From contig OZ024757.1 of assembly GCA_964016885.1 (NCBI GenBank), positions 21,576,001-21,640,000 on the forward strand: a DNA stretch of 64,000 bases, written 5' to 3'. This stretch comes from Eledone cirrhosa (taxonomy: Eukaryota). Of the stretch, positions 23,161-36,497 are shown piece by piece. The notes beneath the pieces are model-generated. The model did no database searches. It saw nothing but the letters and a program-made list of their open reading frames with translations, and was not told the DNA's origin. Numbering within the stretch: the first letter of the stretch is position 1; the number at the start of each line of letters is the position of its first letter. The translations under genes were made by a program, and so were the position numbers.

Positions 23161-25966
23161 ACACCCTTGACGGTGGCTAGTGTTAGGAAATGTACAACAC
23201 ACCCACCACACCCTTGACGGTGGCTAGTGTTAGGAAATGAACAACATACCCACCACACCCTTGAGGGTGGCTGGTGTTAGGAAATGTACAACACACCCAC
23301 CACACCCTTGAGGGTGGCTGGTGTTAGGAAATGTACAACATACCGACCACACCCTTGAGGGTGGCTGGTATTAGGAAATGAACAACACACCCACCACACC
23401 CTTGAGGGTGGCTGGTGTTAGGAAATGTACAACACACCCACCACACCCTTGAGGGTGGCTGGTGTTAGGAAATGTACAACACACCCACCACACCCTTGAG
23501 GGTGGCTGGTGTTAGGAAATGTACAACACACCCACCACACCCTTGAGGGTGGCTGGTGTTAGGAAATGTACAACACACCCACCACACCCTTGAGGGTGGC
23601 TAGTGTTAGGAAATGTACAACACACCCACCACACCCTTGAGGGTGGCTGGTGTTAGGAAATGTACAACACACCCACCACACCCTTGAGGGTGGCTAGTGT
23701 TAGGAAATGTACAACACACCCACCACACCCTTGAGGGTGGCTAGTGTTAGGAAATGTACAACACACCCACCACACCCTTGAGGGTGGCTGGTGTTAGGAA
23801 ATGTACAACACACCCACCACACCCTTGAGGGTGGCTGGTGTTAGGAAATGTACAACACACCCACCACACCCTTGAGAGTGGCTGGTGTTAGGAAATGTAC
23901 AACACACCCACCACACCCTTGAGGGTGGCTGGTGTTAGGAAATGTACAACACACCCACCACACCCTTGAGGGTGGCTAGTGTTAGGAAATGTACAACACA
24001 CCCACCACACCCTTGAGGGTGGCTGGTGTTAGGAAATGTACAACACACCCACCACACCGTTGAGGGTGGCTGGTGTTAGGAAATGTACAACACACCCACC
24101 ACACCCTTGAGGGTGGCTAGTGTTAGGAAATGTACAACACACCCACCACACCCTTGAGGGTGGCTGGTGTTAGGAAATGTACAACACACCCACCACACCC
24201 TTGAGGGTGGCTGGTGTTAGGAAATGTACAACACACCCACCACACCCTTGAGGGTGGCTGGTGTTAGGAAATGTACAACACACCCACCACACCCTTGAGG
24301 GTGGCTGGTGTTAGGAAATGTACAACACACCTACCACACCCTTGAGGGTGGCTGGTGTTAGGAAATGTACAACACACCCACCACACCCTTGAGGGTGGCT
24401 GGTGTTAGGAAATGTACAACACACCCACCACACCCTTGAGGGTGGCTGGTGTTAGGAAATGTACAACACACCCACCACACCCTTGAGGGTGGCTGGTGTT
24501 AGGAAATGAACAACACACCCACCACACCCTTGAGGGTGGCTAGTATTAGGAAATGTACAACACACCCACCACACCCTTGAGGGTGGCTGCTGTTAGGAAA
24601 TGTACAACACACCCACCACACCCTTGAGGGTGGCTGGTGTTAGGAAATGAACAACACACCCACCACACCCTTGAGGGTGGCTAGTGTTAGGAAATGTACA
24701 ACACACCCACCACACCCTTGAGGGTGGCTGGTGTTAGGAAATGAACAACACACCCACCACACCCTTGAGGGTGGCTGGTGTTAGGAAATGTACAACACAC
24801 CCACCACACCCTTGAGGGTGGCTAGTGTTGGGAAATGTACAACACACCCACCACACCCTTGAGGGTGGCTGGTGTTAGGAAATGTACAACACACCCACCA
24901 CACCCTTGAGGGTGGCTAGTGTTAGGAAATGTACAACACACCCACCACACCCTTGAGGGTGGCTGGTGTTAGGAAATGTACAACACACCCACCACACCCT
25001 TGAGGGTGGCTGGTGTTGGGAAATGTACAACACACCCACCACACCCTTGAGGGTGGCTAGTGTTGGGAAATGAACAACACACCCACCACACCCTTGAGGG
25101 TGGCTGGTGTTAGGAAATGTACAACACACCCACCACACCCTTGAGGGTGGCTAGTGTTAGGAAATGTACAACACACCCACCACACCCTTGAGGGTGGCTA
25201 GTGTTAGGAAATGAACAACACACCCACCACACCCTTGAGGGTGGCTGGTGTTAGGAAATGTACAACACACCCACCACACCCTTGACGGTGGCTGGTGTTA
25301 GGAAATGTACAACACACCCACCACACCCTTGAGGGTGGCTGGTGTTAGGAAATGTACAACATACCCACCACACCCTTGAGGGTGGCTGGTGTTAGGAAAT
25401 GTACAACACACCCACCACACCCTTGACGGTGGCTGGTGTTAGGAAATGTACAACACACCCACCACACCCTTGAGGGTGGCTGGTGTTAGGAAATGTACAA
25501 CACACCCACCACACCCTTGAGGGTGGCTAGTGTTAGGAAATGTACAACACACCCACCACACCGTTGAGGGTGGCTGGTGTTAGGAAATGTACAACACACC
25601 CACCACACCGTTGAGGGTGGCTGGTGTTAGGAAATGTACAACACACCCACCACACCCTTGAGGGTGGCTAGTGTTAGGAAATGTACAACACACCCACCAC
25701 ACCCTTGAGGGTGGCTGGTGTTAGGAAATGTACAACACACCCACCACACCGTTGAGGGTGGCTGGTGTTAGGAAATGTACAACACACCCACCACACCCTT
25801 GAGGGTGGCTAGTGTTAGGAAATGTACAACACACCCACCACACCCTTGAGGGTGGCTGGTGTTAGGAAATGAACAACACACCCACCACACCCTTGAGGGT
25901 GGCTAGTGTTAGGAAATGTACAACACACCCACCACACCCTTGAGGGTGGCTAGTGTTAGGAAATGT
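23161..25966 (+). repeat. 47-bp minisatellite, about 60 units
   Basis: Unit ACACCCTTGAGGGTGGCT(G/A)GTGTTAGGAAATGTACAACACACCCACC; occasional 46-bp variants. Confidence 0.97.
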
Positions 25967-26273
25967 ATCAAGCTGTAGAAATGGTGACCAAATATGAAAT
26001 TTAACGAACAAGATTACGTGTTCTGATATGTCAGCCCCCTGACTAAGACAACTGATCTAAAAAAATGATGATGATGATGATGATGATTCCTTACCCAAAT
26101 ATATAACCCTTGTTGTATGGTTCTTACATCAGAAATTCTCTGTGAATTTGTGTATGTATGGACCTGTAACTCGGGGAGTCATAGGCATGACAATGTATGC
26201 GATATCTAGCTCAATACAGATGTTTAAATTGATTAAATAAATAAGTCTATATATACATATATATACATAAATA

Positions 26274-26647
26274 TGGAGGCACATGGCTTAGTGGTTAGAG
26301 CATTGGCCTTGCAATCGAAAGGTTGTGAGTTCAATTCTTTCTCAGACCGGGTGATGTGTTGTTTCCTTGAGCAAGACACTTTATTTCACATTGCTCCAGT
26401 TTACTCAGCTGTAGAAATGAGATGATAGGGACTGGGGTCCATATCATTCCACTGCAAAGTGGTCGTGGAGGGGCCACGGCAAAAAAAGCACCCAGCACTC
26501 ACTGTAAATGAGGTTGGCGTTAGGAAGGGCATCCAGCTGTAGAAATCAAGCCAGAATTAGTTCTCGTCCCACCCTTGCAAGCAGGGAAAAGCGGACGTAA
26601 AATGATGATGCTGATGATGATGATGCTGATGATGATGATGATGATGA
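26274..26647 (+). mobile_element. SINE family B, full length
   Basis: Family B consensus. Confidence 0.92.
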
Positions 26648-28215
26648 TACATATATATATAAAGTAGGAAGTGAGAAGAGTGTTTAATGAAGAGTGAACT
26701 CACCACAATAACTTTCCGAGCGTGAGCTGTAAGCATTTCCTATATTTTACTTCTTATGTACATCCCACAGCAAGTGACTTGAGTGTTGTAAAAACACAGA
26801 TACACACTCAATTACACGAGAACAACATTACAAACAAACCTTCGGGGGGGGGGGGGGGGCCTTCAACCCCTCACCTGTATAAACCTCTGCCCCTCACCTG
26901 TACAAACCTCTGTCCATGTTGCTTCAGTTGTTCCACGTGCCACCTAACACCATGAAACACAAAGCTAAAGTCCCTGTTCACAATAAACCCCCCCCCCCCC
27001 CCGATTGCTTTATTGTTAAGCAGTTGTTTACAGAGAGAGAGGTTTCTATTGTCTTTGTTTCATGCAGCTTGGAAGTTTATAAATACCCTTAATCTTTATT
27101 CAGCTGGAAGCATATATAAAACTGATTTGATTGAGGAAGAGGGAGAGGTTTGTGTTTTTTTTTTTACTTTCATTTGTTTTCTGAAGCATGTAAGTTGTTA
27201 GCCTCAATGTCATTGTAATAGCAAAGCTCCCCCTATCTTCCTCTCACCTTTCTCCCCCCCCCCCCCCCCCGCTAACAATTTCACACCTTTTTTTTTCTCT
27301 TTGCAGCCTCTTTCTCGTTTCATCTCATCTCATTGATTTGCATATTACACTGCACATCCATTAACATGTCATCGTTTTACCGTCAGCAGGGAAAGCAGCC
27401 GTTAAAACGATGATGATGATGATGATGATGACCTGACTGGAGGGTGGGGAGGGGGGGGGGGGGTATTAATAGTTGAAACTGTGACATTTAACAGCATCTT
27501 TGTATATAAACAGGTGACAAAACAAGTACATGGCTTTAGTTTGTGACTCAACCATCACTGCTCAATGAATCAGATGATATGGAAATATTTAACCTTTTCT
27601 TACCATATTTCTGATGAAAGACACTGCTGATGGTTTTCAAATCATTTTGAAAAATAATCAACAATTTGGAAAGATAACTAAGTTTTCTTATTAAGCTGGT
27701 GTTTGGAACATAACTTAATGCTTTCCTTGCCATATTTCTAACACTGCCTATGATTTTCAGATAATTTTTAAAATCTAGAATTTGTAAGGATTTAGTAATA
27801 TATCTATCTTTGTTATCATTATATTATTGTTTGGAACATAACTTAAAGGAAATTACGATGAATGGGTTTTAAAATAAACGTAAACACTTTAATCACTGTG
27901 TTCCCATATTTCTAGTGAAATACTCTGCCAATGATTGTTTAGAAAATAATCAATAATTTGGAGCGATTTAGTAAAGATTGTGTGATACGACTGGAGGTAA
28001 ATAGTCGTAGTTTGTCCAGTTAGACTTTATAATTCACAACATTTGATATTGCAAAGTTTTCAGGCCTCTGTAGAGGTTTATATAACAGTCTGGTATACAA
28101 CAACAACAATAACAATAACATCATATATATCATGGATTTGACAGAAGTGGTCATCTTACAGTTTGTGTCATATTCTACAGGTACACATCATTGTCATTTC
28201 ATAGACCACTGTCCC

Positions 28216-28368
28216 TCATAATATGTATATATATATATGTCAATATATATATATATATACATATACATACACACAGATACATACATAAATACATTCACAC
28301 ACACATGCATACATACACATATATACACATATACAAACACACACACACACATACATACACACATACAT

Positions 28369-28419
<51 letters not shown>

Positions 28420-28845
28420 CAGATACATACATACATTCACACACACATGCATACATACACATATACACAAACATACAAACACACACACATACATACACAC
28501 ATATACACACACACATACATACACACACATACATGCATACATACATACATTCACACATACATATATACACACATACAAACACACACATACATACACGCAC
28601 ATACACACATACATACACACACATACATACATTCACACACACAAATGCATACATACACATATATACACACATACAAACACACACATACATACACACACAT
28701 ATATACACACACATACATACACACACACACATACATACATTCACACACACATGCATACATACACATATATACAAACACACACACACACACATACATACAC
28801 ACACATATACACATACACACATACAAACATACATACACCCACACA
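28216..28845. repeat. (CA)/(TA)/(CATA) microsatellite
   Basis: Direct inspection. Confidence 0.95.
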
Positions 28846-29020
28846 AATATGTCAAGAATAAATATATAATTCTTACGTATCACATTTTGTGATAATTTCT
28901 TGATACTGTACTCACGATTATTACAGGTAGATATATATAGATGGATGGTTTTACAGGTAGGAATATATTGGTATGGATGGTGTTTTGAAAATAAATCCAT
29001 TGAAAATCCAACAGAATGAG

Positions 29021-29050
29021 ACTTACCTGAAATAGAAAAGAAGAAATAGT
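29021..29050 (-). promoter_or_regulatory. Candidate recursive splice site (zero-length exon)
   Basis: Minus strand ACTATTTCTTCTTTTCTATTTCAG|GTAAGT; AG at 29028-29027, GT at 29026-29025. Confidence 0.6.
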
Positions 29051-29155
29051 TTAATTAATTGAGAATTTCATATAAAAATATTTACACATTTTAATTAATA
29101 AATTCTGACTGAATTTCCAAGCTAAAAAATGACCAATATGTGCGCACACACACAC

Positions 29156-29213
<58 letters not shown>

Positions 29214-29349
29214 CACTTTACATATATATATATAACACTTCAATATATATATATATATAATAGAAGCTTTCACCGTATTTTTTGACTAAAGAAATTTTAG
29301 CCTGATAGTGGGGTTTATAACCCTCAGAGAAATGGAAAAAGATGAATAT

Positions 29350-29420
29350 TGACATGCATCGGAGTCGAACCCACATCTTTGGTTATCCAGACCACTGTGC
29401 TACCATTATACCAACACATC
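29350..29420 (-). pseudogene. tRNA-like sequence inside a repeat with direct and inverted internal duplications (29261-29656)
   Basis: GATGTGT-TGGTATAATGGTAGCAC..TGGT ctggata ACCA..GGGTTCGACTCC-GATGCATG: A and B boxes and a partial cloverleaf; the flanking block also occurs at 7297-7450. Confidence 0.55.
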
Positions 29421-29659
29421 ACCCATCTCCTTCCATTTAAATTAGAAGCTACATTCTTAACAAGTATGATGACAAGTAAGTATGTTTTGAAACAATGAGC
29501 AAGTTTGAAATTAGAAAATAGAAGCTTTCACTGTATTTTTTGACTAAAGAAATTTTAGCCTGATAGTGGGGTTTATAACCCTCAGAGAAATGGAAAAAAA
29601 TACGGTAAAAAAATACGGTGAAAGCTTCTATTTTCTAATTTCAAACTTGCTCGCTGTTA

Positions 29660-30178
29660 TCTTTAAGTAAGATAAGAGTTATTTTTCGTAATTCGGCTCA
29701 TTCGGATTTTAATTTACTCTTTGTACTTGAAACAAAATGTACGCTTCCTTGAGACTAACAATATCATTTTGTATATTTCACAAACAACAATTTCTAACAG
29801 ATTACTAAGTTAAGTTATAGATTTGACATTGTATAATTTATCGTTTCAAGCTTGATGTTCATACATTAAGTGATGTCATAACTTTTACAATATTATGCTT
29901 TGTACATAATAGTGTCTATTATTCACTTCACTTCTCTATTTCATGATGCGCTTTTACTGTTGTCAAAAAAATGTACACCTAGACTGGATTTCTGTTGTTA
30001 CATGGTATAACAGATGACACCGAGCTCACATATTAATTATTTCGCTGGAATAGTGCCTAAGGTTTTCATGTTTACATAAAGTACATTTTTCTTCTATGTA
30101 TTCAAATTTACATTGTTTAGTTTAATGAGCTACATCGAAAGCTACTTGAACCGTCCAAAGGACGGGTAGTTTAGCTAG
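29660..30178 (+). mobile_element. Non-autonomous Helitron
   Basis: 3' hairpin CCGTCC-aaa-GGACGG then CTAG|T at 30175-30178; putative 5' A|TC at 29660. Confidence 0.6.
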
Positions 30179-30293
30179 TATATATATATATATAATATTA
30201 ATAACAATATTCGATTTGTTTGGAAACAAATGGCCCGTTTAAGACTGTGCCAATGACCAATCGTCATCCGTTTGTTCAACACTAGCATTAAGG

Positions 30294-30338
30294 AACAATC
30301 AACATGTTTCTGGATCATTAACCTTCATCAGGATTGTT
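30294..30338 (-). ncRNA. Hammerhead ribozyme motif
   Basis: AACAATC-CTGATGA-AGGTTAATGATCCA-GAAA-CATG-TT-GATTGTT: perfect 7-bp stem I, palindromic stem III, imperfect stem II. Confidence 0.6.
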
Positions 30339-31000
30339 TACCTCTCTACCAATCTGTTGAACAGTTATATATATATATGTGTGTGTGTTGTCATGTTCCT
30401 TGATGAGTAACTTAATATACATTTTTATGTATAGATTTAACCTAAATATAACTAAGTTGCCATAGAGGAACTGTTTTGACTGCTATTTTCAGCAGCTATT
30501 TTGACCAGTCCTGTTGTATCTGCTACCTTCTGAAAGACGTCAGTTTAGTACAATGCGGTTTTATTCGATTGTCTTCCTTCGGCAGGTGATGAGTTTTGGA
30601 ACAAATATGGCCTTGAAAACCGTTGGAAATGATTTTCTCCAGTTGACTAAAAAAGAATAACTCCTGACGGCCATATACATTGAAAACATTAAAATCTATA
30701 GGAAAAACATAAACATCACCTTCAAAGCAAAACTGGTGTAATAGTCACCTCTAAACCTGACAAATCCTATGGCACCCTCCCCCAAACAACTAGTTAACTA
30801 AAAAACAAAACAAAACAAAACAAACGATGGTTGTGAAAGTCATATCCGTTGAAAACACATTAAAGATCCAGAGGAAAAACATAAATTTCAATTCTAACGG
30901 GAAGCAGGTGTAATTGTAAAAAAAATAACCTAAAAACAAATTGACACTATCCTGAATTTTATTTTAATAAAATAAGAAAACAGCAAATTAGTCGTGAGAA

Positions 31001-31365
31001 TCATCATCATCATCATCACCGTTGTATGTCCGTTCTTCCACACGAGCATGGGTTAGATGGGTTGTCCTGTTGTGGGCAGTGTCCAGTCAGCTGACCTTGT
31101 CTTGCTCATACGGGAACTGATTCTGGCTTGATTTCTACAGCTGGATGCGCTTCCTAACACCAACCTCATTTACAGTGAGTGCTGGGTGTTTTTTTTCCGT
31201 GGCGCCTACACGACCACTTTACTGTGTGGGCTGGGTGCTTTTTTTGCCGTGGCACCTCCACAACCACTTTGTAGTGGGAGGGTGTGGGGTCATATTGTCT
31301 ATATGCTTCAGCTTCGGCTTGTACCCAGGGGGGTCCTCTGTATTACTGCGTGACGCCAGAGGTCA
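31001..31365 (-). mobile_element. RTE LINE 3' UTR and tail (same family as 45160-45757)
   Basis: Reverse-complement match including the tail. Confidence 0.8.
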
Positions 31366-31604
31366 GAGAATGTCAGATAGAATGTGGAATTAGTTGCAGT
31401 TGTCAGCTCTCTCAGTTCAAATACCGCCCAGGTCAACTTTGCCTTTTATTCATTCAAGGTCAATAAAAAAAGTACCCGTCAAGTATTAAGATCAATAAAA
31501 AAAGTACCAGTCAAGTACTGGGGTTGATTCTTCCTATATCTCTTCCTCACTTCCATTCTCTCTCACTCTCTGTTTCCTTCACTGGATCAGTTCTCAAAGT
31601 GCCG

Positions 31605-32440
31605 CTTACTGTCTGCTAGTGCCAAATACTGAGGGGCCTGCGTTCATGCCCTACACATGGCTAACATTGATGGCCTACTCAGTTTGGATGAGCTTCGAGT
31701 CTCCATTGCCCTCAGAGTGGGAGCCGACCCCTGTACGGGTTTGAAATTTTGATGTGGCAAGATCCTCGACTCCACAGGCCTCCACGGTGTATCATGCTGC
31801 CTGAATGTTGGTCGTTTTGCATGTCACACAGAGCTAAACCTCATCATCAAGTCAGCTTTGGCCCAGACAAACATCCCCTCAATTTTGGAACCATCTGGGT
31901 TGTCCAGAATTGATGGGAAAGACCCGACGGTCTTACCTTGTGACCCTGGTTAAGAAGCAGGTGCCTTATCTGGGACGTCACAGTTAGTGACTCTTTTGCT
32001 TCTTCCCACATCCTGGATGCTGCAGTTAGGGAGAGAACTACAGCATCTGCAGCCGAACGGAACAAAATCCTGAAATACCGTCATCTGTCGGATAACTACA
32101 TTTTCCAGCCTGTGGTGTGTGAGACGTTTGGGGGAGTTGGGCTACTGACTGCAAGTCATCTACACTGGCGGCTTGCCTAACTGAGGTAACTGGTGATGGT
32201 CGTGAGGGTGCTTGGTTAGCCTGCTGGCTTGCCTAAAAAATTATGAGGGAGGTTTCCCAGTGCTTCTCGCGATACTGTTATCTTTTTCTCTGGTAGCGGC
32301 TCGGTTGTCCACCCCCTTTGCTTGCCTTTTGTTCCATGTAGTCCTTTACATGCTTGTGTGCTTTTTTTCTTTCTTTTTTCCTTTCCCTTCTCTTTCTCTT
32401 TTTGAATTATTTGTGATATTATTTATATACAAAATAAAAA
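31605..32440 (+). mobile_element. Degenerate CRE-type non-LTR retrotransposon 3' end (zinc knuckle and restriction-like endonuclease)
   Basis: CGKILDSTGLHGVSC...IPSILEPSGLSRIDG[fs]RPDGLTL*PW...LIWDVTV.D...KILKY..L...YIFQPVVCETFG; ends near AATAAA. Confidence 0.75.
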
Positions 32441-32493
32441 CCAGCGGTTAACTTAAAAAAAAAATTATTTCCAAAAGTTTTGAAGAACTTATT

Positions 32494-32531
<38 letters not shown>

Positions 32532-32804
32532 CCGTTTTATGTCCGTTCTTCCACGCTAGCATGGGTTAGAGAACGGACGTAAAACGTAATATCACTGGGA
32601 AAACATTTCACTGCAAACGTGAGACATGTGTAATTGTAAATATTTACCATTTTATTCTATAACAATTTTGTCATTTCAAAAACTATGAATTGTAGAGAAA
32701 TAAAAATAAAACTCTTATATGTGATTATCAACGACATTTATATTCGGCAGTGTTATATTGCAGTGTTCACATTTGAAATTATAAAACAAAATTTTCAACT
32801 GTTT

Positions 32805-33143
32805 CATCATCATCATCATCATCTTACATCCGCTTTTCACTGCTTGCAAGGGTGGGACGGGAACTGATTCTGGCTTGATTTCTACAGCTGGATGCCCTTC
32901 CTAACACCAACCTCATTTACAGTGAGTGCTGGGTGCTTTTTTGCCGTGGCACCTCCACGTCCACTTTACAGTGGAATGATAGGGACCCCAGTCCCTATCA
33001 TCTCATTTCTACAGCTGAGTAAACTGGAGCAATGTGAAATAAAGTGTCTTGCTCAAGGACACAACACATCACCCCAGTCTGAGAATTGAACTCACAACCT
33101 TTCAATTGCAAGCTCAATGCTCTAACCACTAAGCCATGTGCCT
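32805..33143 (-). mobile_element. SINE family B
   Basis: Family B consensus. Confidence 0.9.
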
Positions 33144-33853
33144 CTGTTAATAAGCTCAGAAGATATGTAAATACAGTTTAACAGAAAAAGATAAACATGA
33201 AATTTATATTGAAAAGAATGGAATGTAAAATAGGAAAATATAAAGAAAAAAGAGAAGAAAAAAACGGAAAAGGAAGGGAATGGGAAGGGCCTAGGGCACG
33301 GCAGAAAAGGGGCTGCAACCCAGCGGACAATAACAGCCACCCCACCTCGTGGGGCTCCTTGCTCAGATGGGCTGCTGACATCCCGATCTTACGGAGGAGC
33401 TCGGCTGTACAGGAGTCCAAGTACACCTGAGGTCTCGATGGTGACTGGTGAGAGAAAGCGGCCACACAAGCGGTAATTGTTTATCTTTGTTATTCTGAAA
33501 TAATTGTGAGCAAGTTTTAATGTTATTTATGTATGTGGATTGGTAGTATTGGTGGAGGGTCGGACGCCATGCTTCAAATCCTACCGAGGTTAACTTTGCC
33601 TTTCATCCTTACGGTGTCAATAAAATAAAGTACCAGTAATGCACTGGGTTATTGCTGGCCTTGTGCCAAAAGTAGAAACAAGTATTTAATGAAAAATATT
33701 ACCCAAGAAACAATGAACCTCATAAATACAACACCCCAAAATATACGACCAAAGCAAGAGAAAGAAAAAAATAGTTGTAATAATTGTAGAGTTGGGATAT
33801 TAAGGGTGAAATTTTAGGAATATTTCACCAGGGTCTATTTTAAGGAAATATCA

Positions 33854-34038
33854 AGGGTGGTGGTTTGGCAGTATTGGTAGAGCGTCAGACGCCGTGCTTC
33901 GCAGCATAGTTATGGCCCTTTGCGTTCTGAGTTCAAATCCGCCGAGGTTAACTTTGCCTTTCATCCTTACGAGGTCGATAAAATAAAGTACCAGTGGTGC
34001 ACTGGGGTAATCGCTGGCCTTGTGCCAAAAGTAGAAAC
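33854..34038 (+). mobile_element. SINE-A with a 20-bp target-site duplication
   Basis: TCTATTTTAAGGAAATATCA at 33834-33853 and 34039-34058. Confidence 0.92.
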
Positions 34039-34221
34039 TCTATTTTAAGGAAATATCAGAACTGCACAGATCTTTGTAGCAGGTGCCTACCAAGCAATGA
34101 TGTTATCTGACTCTAAATGTTATATTTCCAATGGTTTTCATCACCAAAACATCAACTACCATAAGAGAAGCAGTTGCCCTTAACCCAGTGTTTTGTAAGT
34201 TCTCTGGGTATTTAAATAACA

Positions 34222-35520
34222 CTAGCAGAAAAACCAGCCTTCGGGTGGTTTTCTGATAATAATAATAATAATAATAATGAAATTATTGTGTACAGTGCTC
34301 ATGTGCACTACAACTCATCAAAGGTGCATGTATAGTACATAGAATAATGTACAAATGTCAGGAAAATGAACAGTGTATGAGTCATGATATAATAACAATA
34401 ATGAAATATTGTGTACAGTGCCCAGGTGCACTACAACTCATCAAAGGTGCATGTATAGTACATAGAATAATGTACAAATGTCAGGAAAATGAGCAGTGTA
34501 TGAGTCATGATATAATAACAATAATGAAATATTGTGTACAGTGCCCAGGTGCACCACAACTCATCAAAAAAGTGCATGTACAGTACATGATAGCGTGTGT
34601 AGTGTGTATATTGATATTATACGCAGGTATATAAACATGTAGATATGATACATGAAATAAAATCGTAATTGACAATATATAATACATAGTAATTGAACGA
34701 AGACTGCGTTACACTGTCTTATGTAATCAGTAACGTAATTCATGATACATTAAAAAAAAGACGATATTATATATAAACTGCATTAGGAGAAAATTAGTGA
34801 CAGAAAATTAGTATGTTTATTTAAGCAATGGCGAGCCGGAAGTGTTGACATTTGAAAATTTTAAAGAAGTGAATCTTTAAATAAACAAAATATATTTAAT
34901 CAACAACCACAAAATTTAGATTTAGTAGATAAATTATGTAATATTCATTCATGGTGGATTGGCAGTATCGGTAGAGGGTCAGACGCCATGCTTTCCAGCA
35001 TAGTTACGTCCCTTTATGATCTGAGTTCAAATCCCGCCGAGGTTGACTTTGCCTTTTATCCTTACGGGGGTCGATAAAATAAAGTACCAGTAATGCACTG
35101 GTTAATTGCTGGCCTTGTGCCTAAAGTAGAAACAATTATTTATTCAAAGTAATCCAACTTATTTTAGTAATGGGATAAAAAAATTATAAATCGTATGCAG
35201 TCCTGCACTTCTTACTTTATTATAGTTTAGATTTGTAACGGTCATTTTGAACATTTTATTAGTATTTTAAGTCTTAAAACCACAATTTACCATGTAAGAA
35301 GCCCAAGTATTTGACACAGAATGTCAACTCACTGCATAACAAGCTGGGGTCAACTATATGTTAAAATAATCACTCGTTACACAATATTGTTTGCTTAACT
35401 TTCGTAATTGTGCTGAGATAAATACTTGGTCGGACTAGTAACAGTGAAACGAAGAAGAATTCGTTCTTAATATTATTTCTCTTCTATCTATGTAATGCCA
35501 TAGTGACGGTTAGATATAGA
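34222..35520 (-). mobile_element. Probable Helitron with nested insertions (122-bp tandem LINE-tail-like repeat 34260-34590; SINE-A 34953-35140)
   Basis: 3' hairpin and CTAG|T at 34222; the 5' TC boundary is uncertain. Confidence 0.45.
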
Positions 35521-35564
35521 TATAGATAGGTACATAAGACATGCAGAGAGGCAGTTACACTTGA

Positions 35565-35950
35565 TAGATAGATAGATAGATAGATAGAGAGGAGGGGGGG
35601 GAGATGCACGGAGATGCACGGAGAGATAGACAGATACATAGATAGAGGGGAGGGGGCAGATACACGGAGAGATAGACAGATACATAGATAGACTGGGTGG
35701 GGAGGGGCAGATACACGGAGAGATAGACAGATATATAGATAGACGGGGGGGGGGGGGGGCAGATACATTGAGATATAGACAGATACATAGATAGACGGGG
35801 AGGGGGGCAGATATATGGAGATATAGACAGATACATAGATAGACAGGAGGGGGCAGATACACGGAGATATAGATAGATACATAGATAAACGGGGGGGAGG
35901 GGGCAGATACATGGAGATATAGACAGATGCATAGATAGACGGGGGGGGGT
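35565..35950 (+). repeat. Degenerate ~45-50-bp minisatellite with poly-G spacers
   Basis: GCAGATACACGGAGA.ATAGACAGATACATAGATAGAC(G)n units. Confidence 0.85.
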
Positions 35951-36394
35951 CAAAGCGTGTTCCTGGTGTTGGGGGTTGTTCTATCCACGGAGTGTAAAAC
36001 AACCCCCGGTACCATTACCTCCCCCCCCTCTAATGGGGATTTCAATTGTTTTATTTTTATATAGTTTATTGTTATTTATCACTGTTAAAGATTTTATTTC
36101 ACAATGTGAAATAAAGTAACTTGCTCAAGGAAACAACATATCACCCGGCCCGAGAATTGAACTCACAACCTTTCGATTGCAAGGCCAATACTCTAACCAC
36201 TAAGCCATGTGCCTTCATATATATACACACACACACACACACATACACACACAAAATACATACAAACTTTTATATGGCCAGAGAGAGAAAAACATTTAAC
36301 AGATTGTCTGTCAGGAATGTCACAAAGCATTTTATAGTTGAAATTGTATGCATTTACATAACAACTAATTACTGCATATATGTAGTGTTTGGGT

Positions 36395-36466
36395 GTGTAT
36401 ATATAAATATATATACATATACACACATACACATACATATTCATACACACACACATACATATTCAT

Positions 36467-36497
<31 letters not shown>

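Noticed and set aside
23161-25966. CRISPR-like array with a palindromic repeat, or telomeric array
   Set aside because: Contiguous near-identical units without spacers; TTAGG occurs only once per 47 bp
27611-27645. Hammerhead at CTGATGA 27611 (also 6502-, 1057-, 11402+, 62955+)
   Set aside because: No GAAA after stem II, or no stem II
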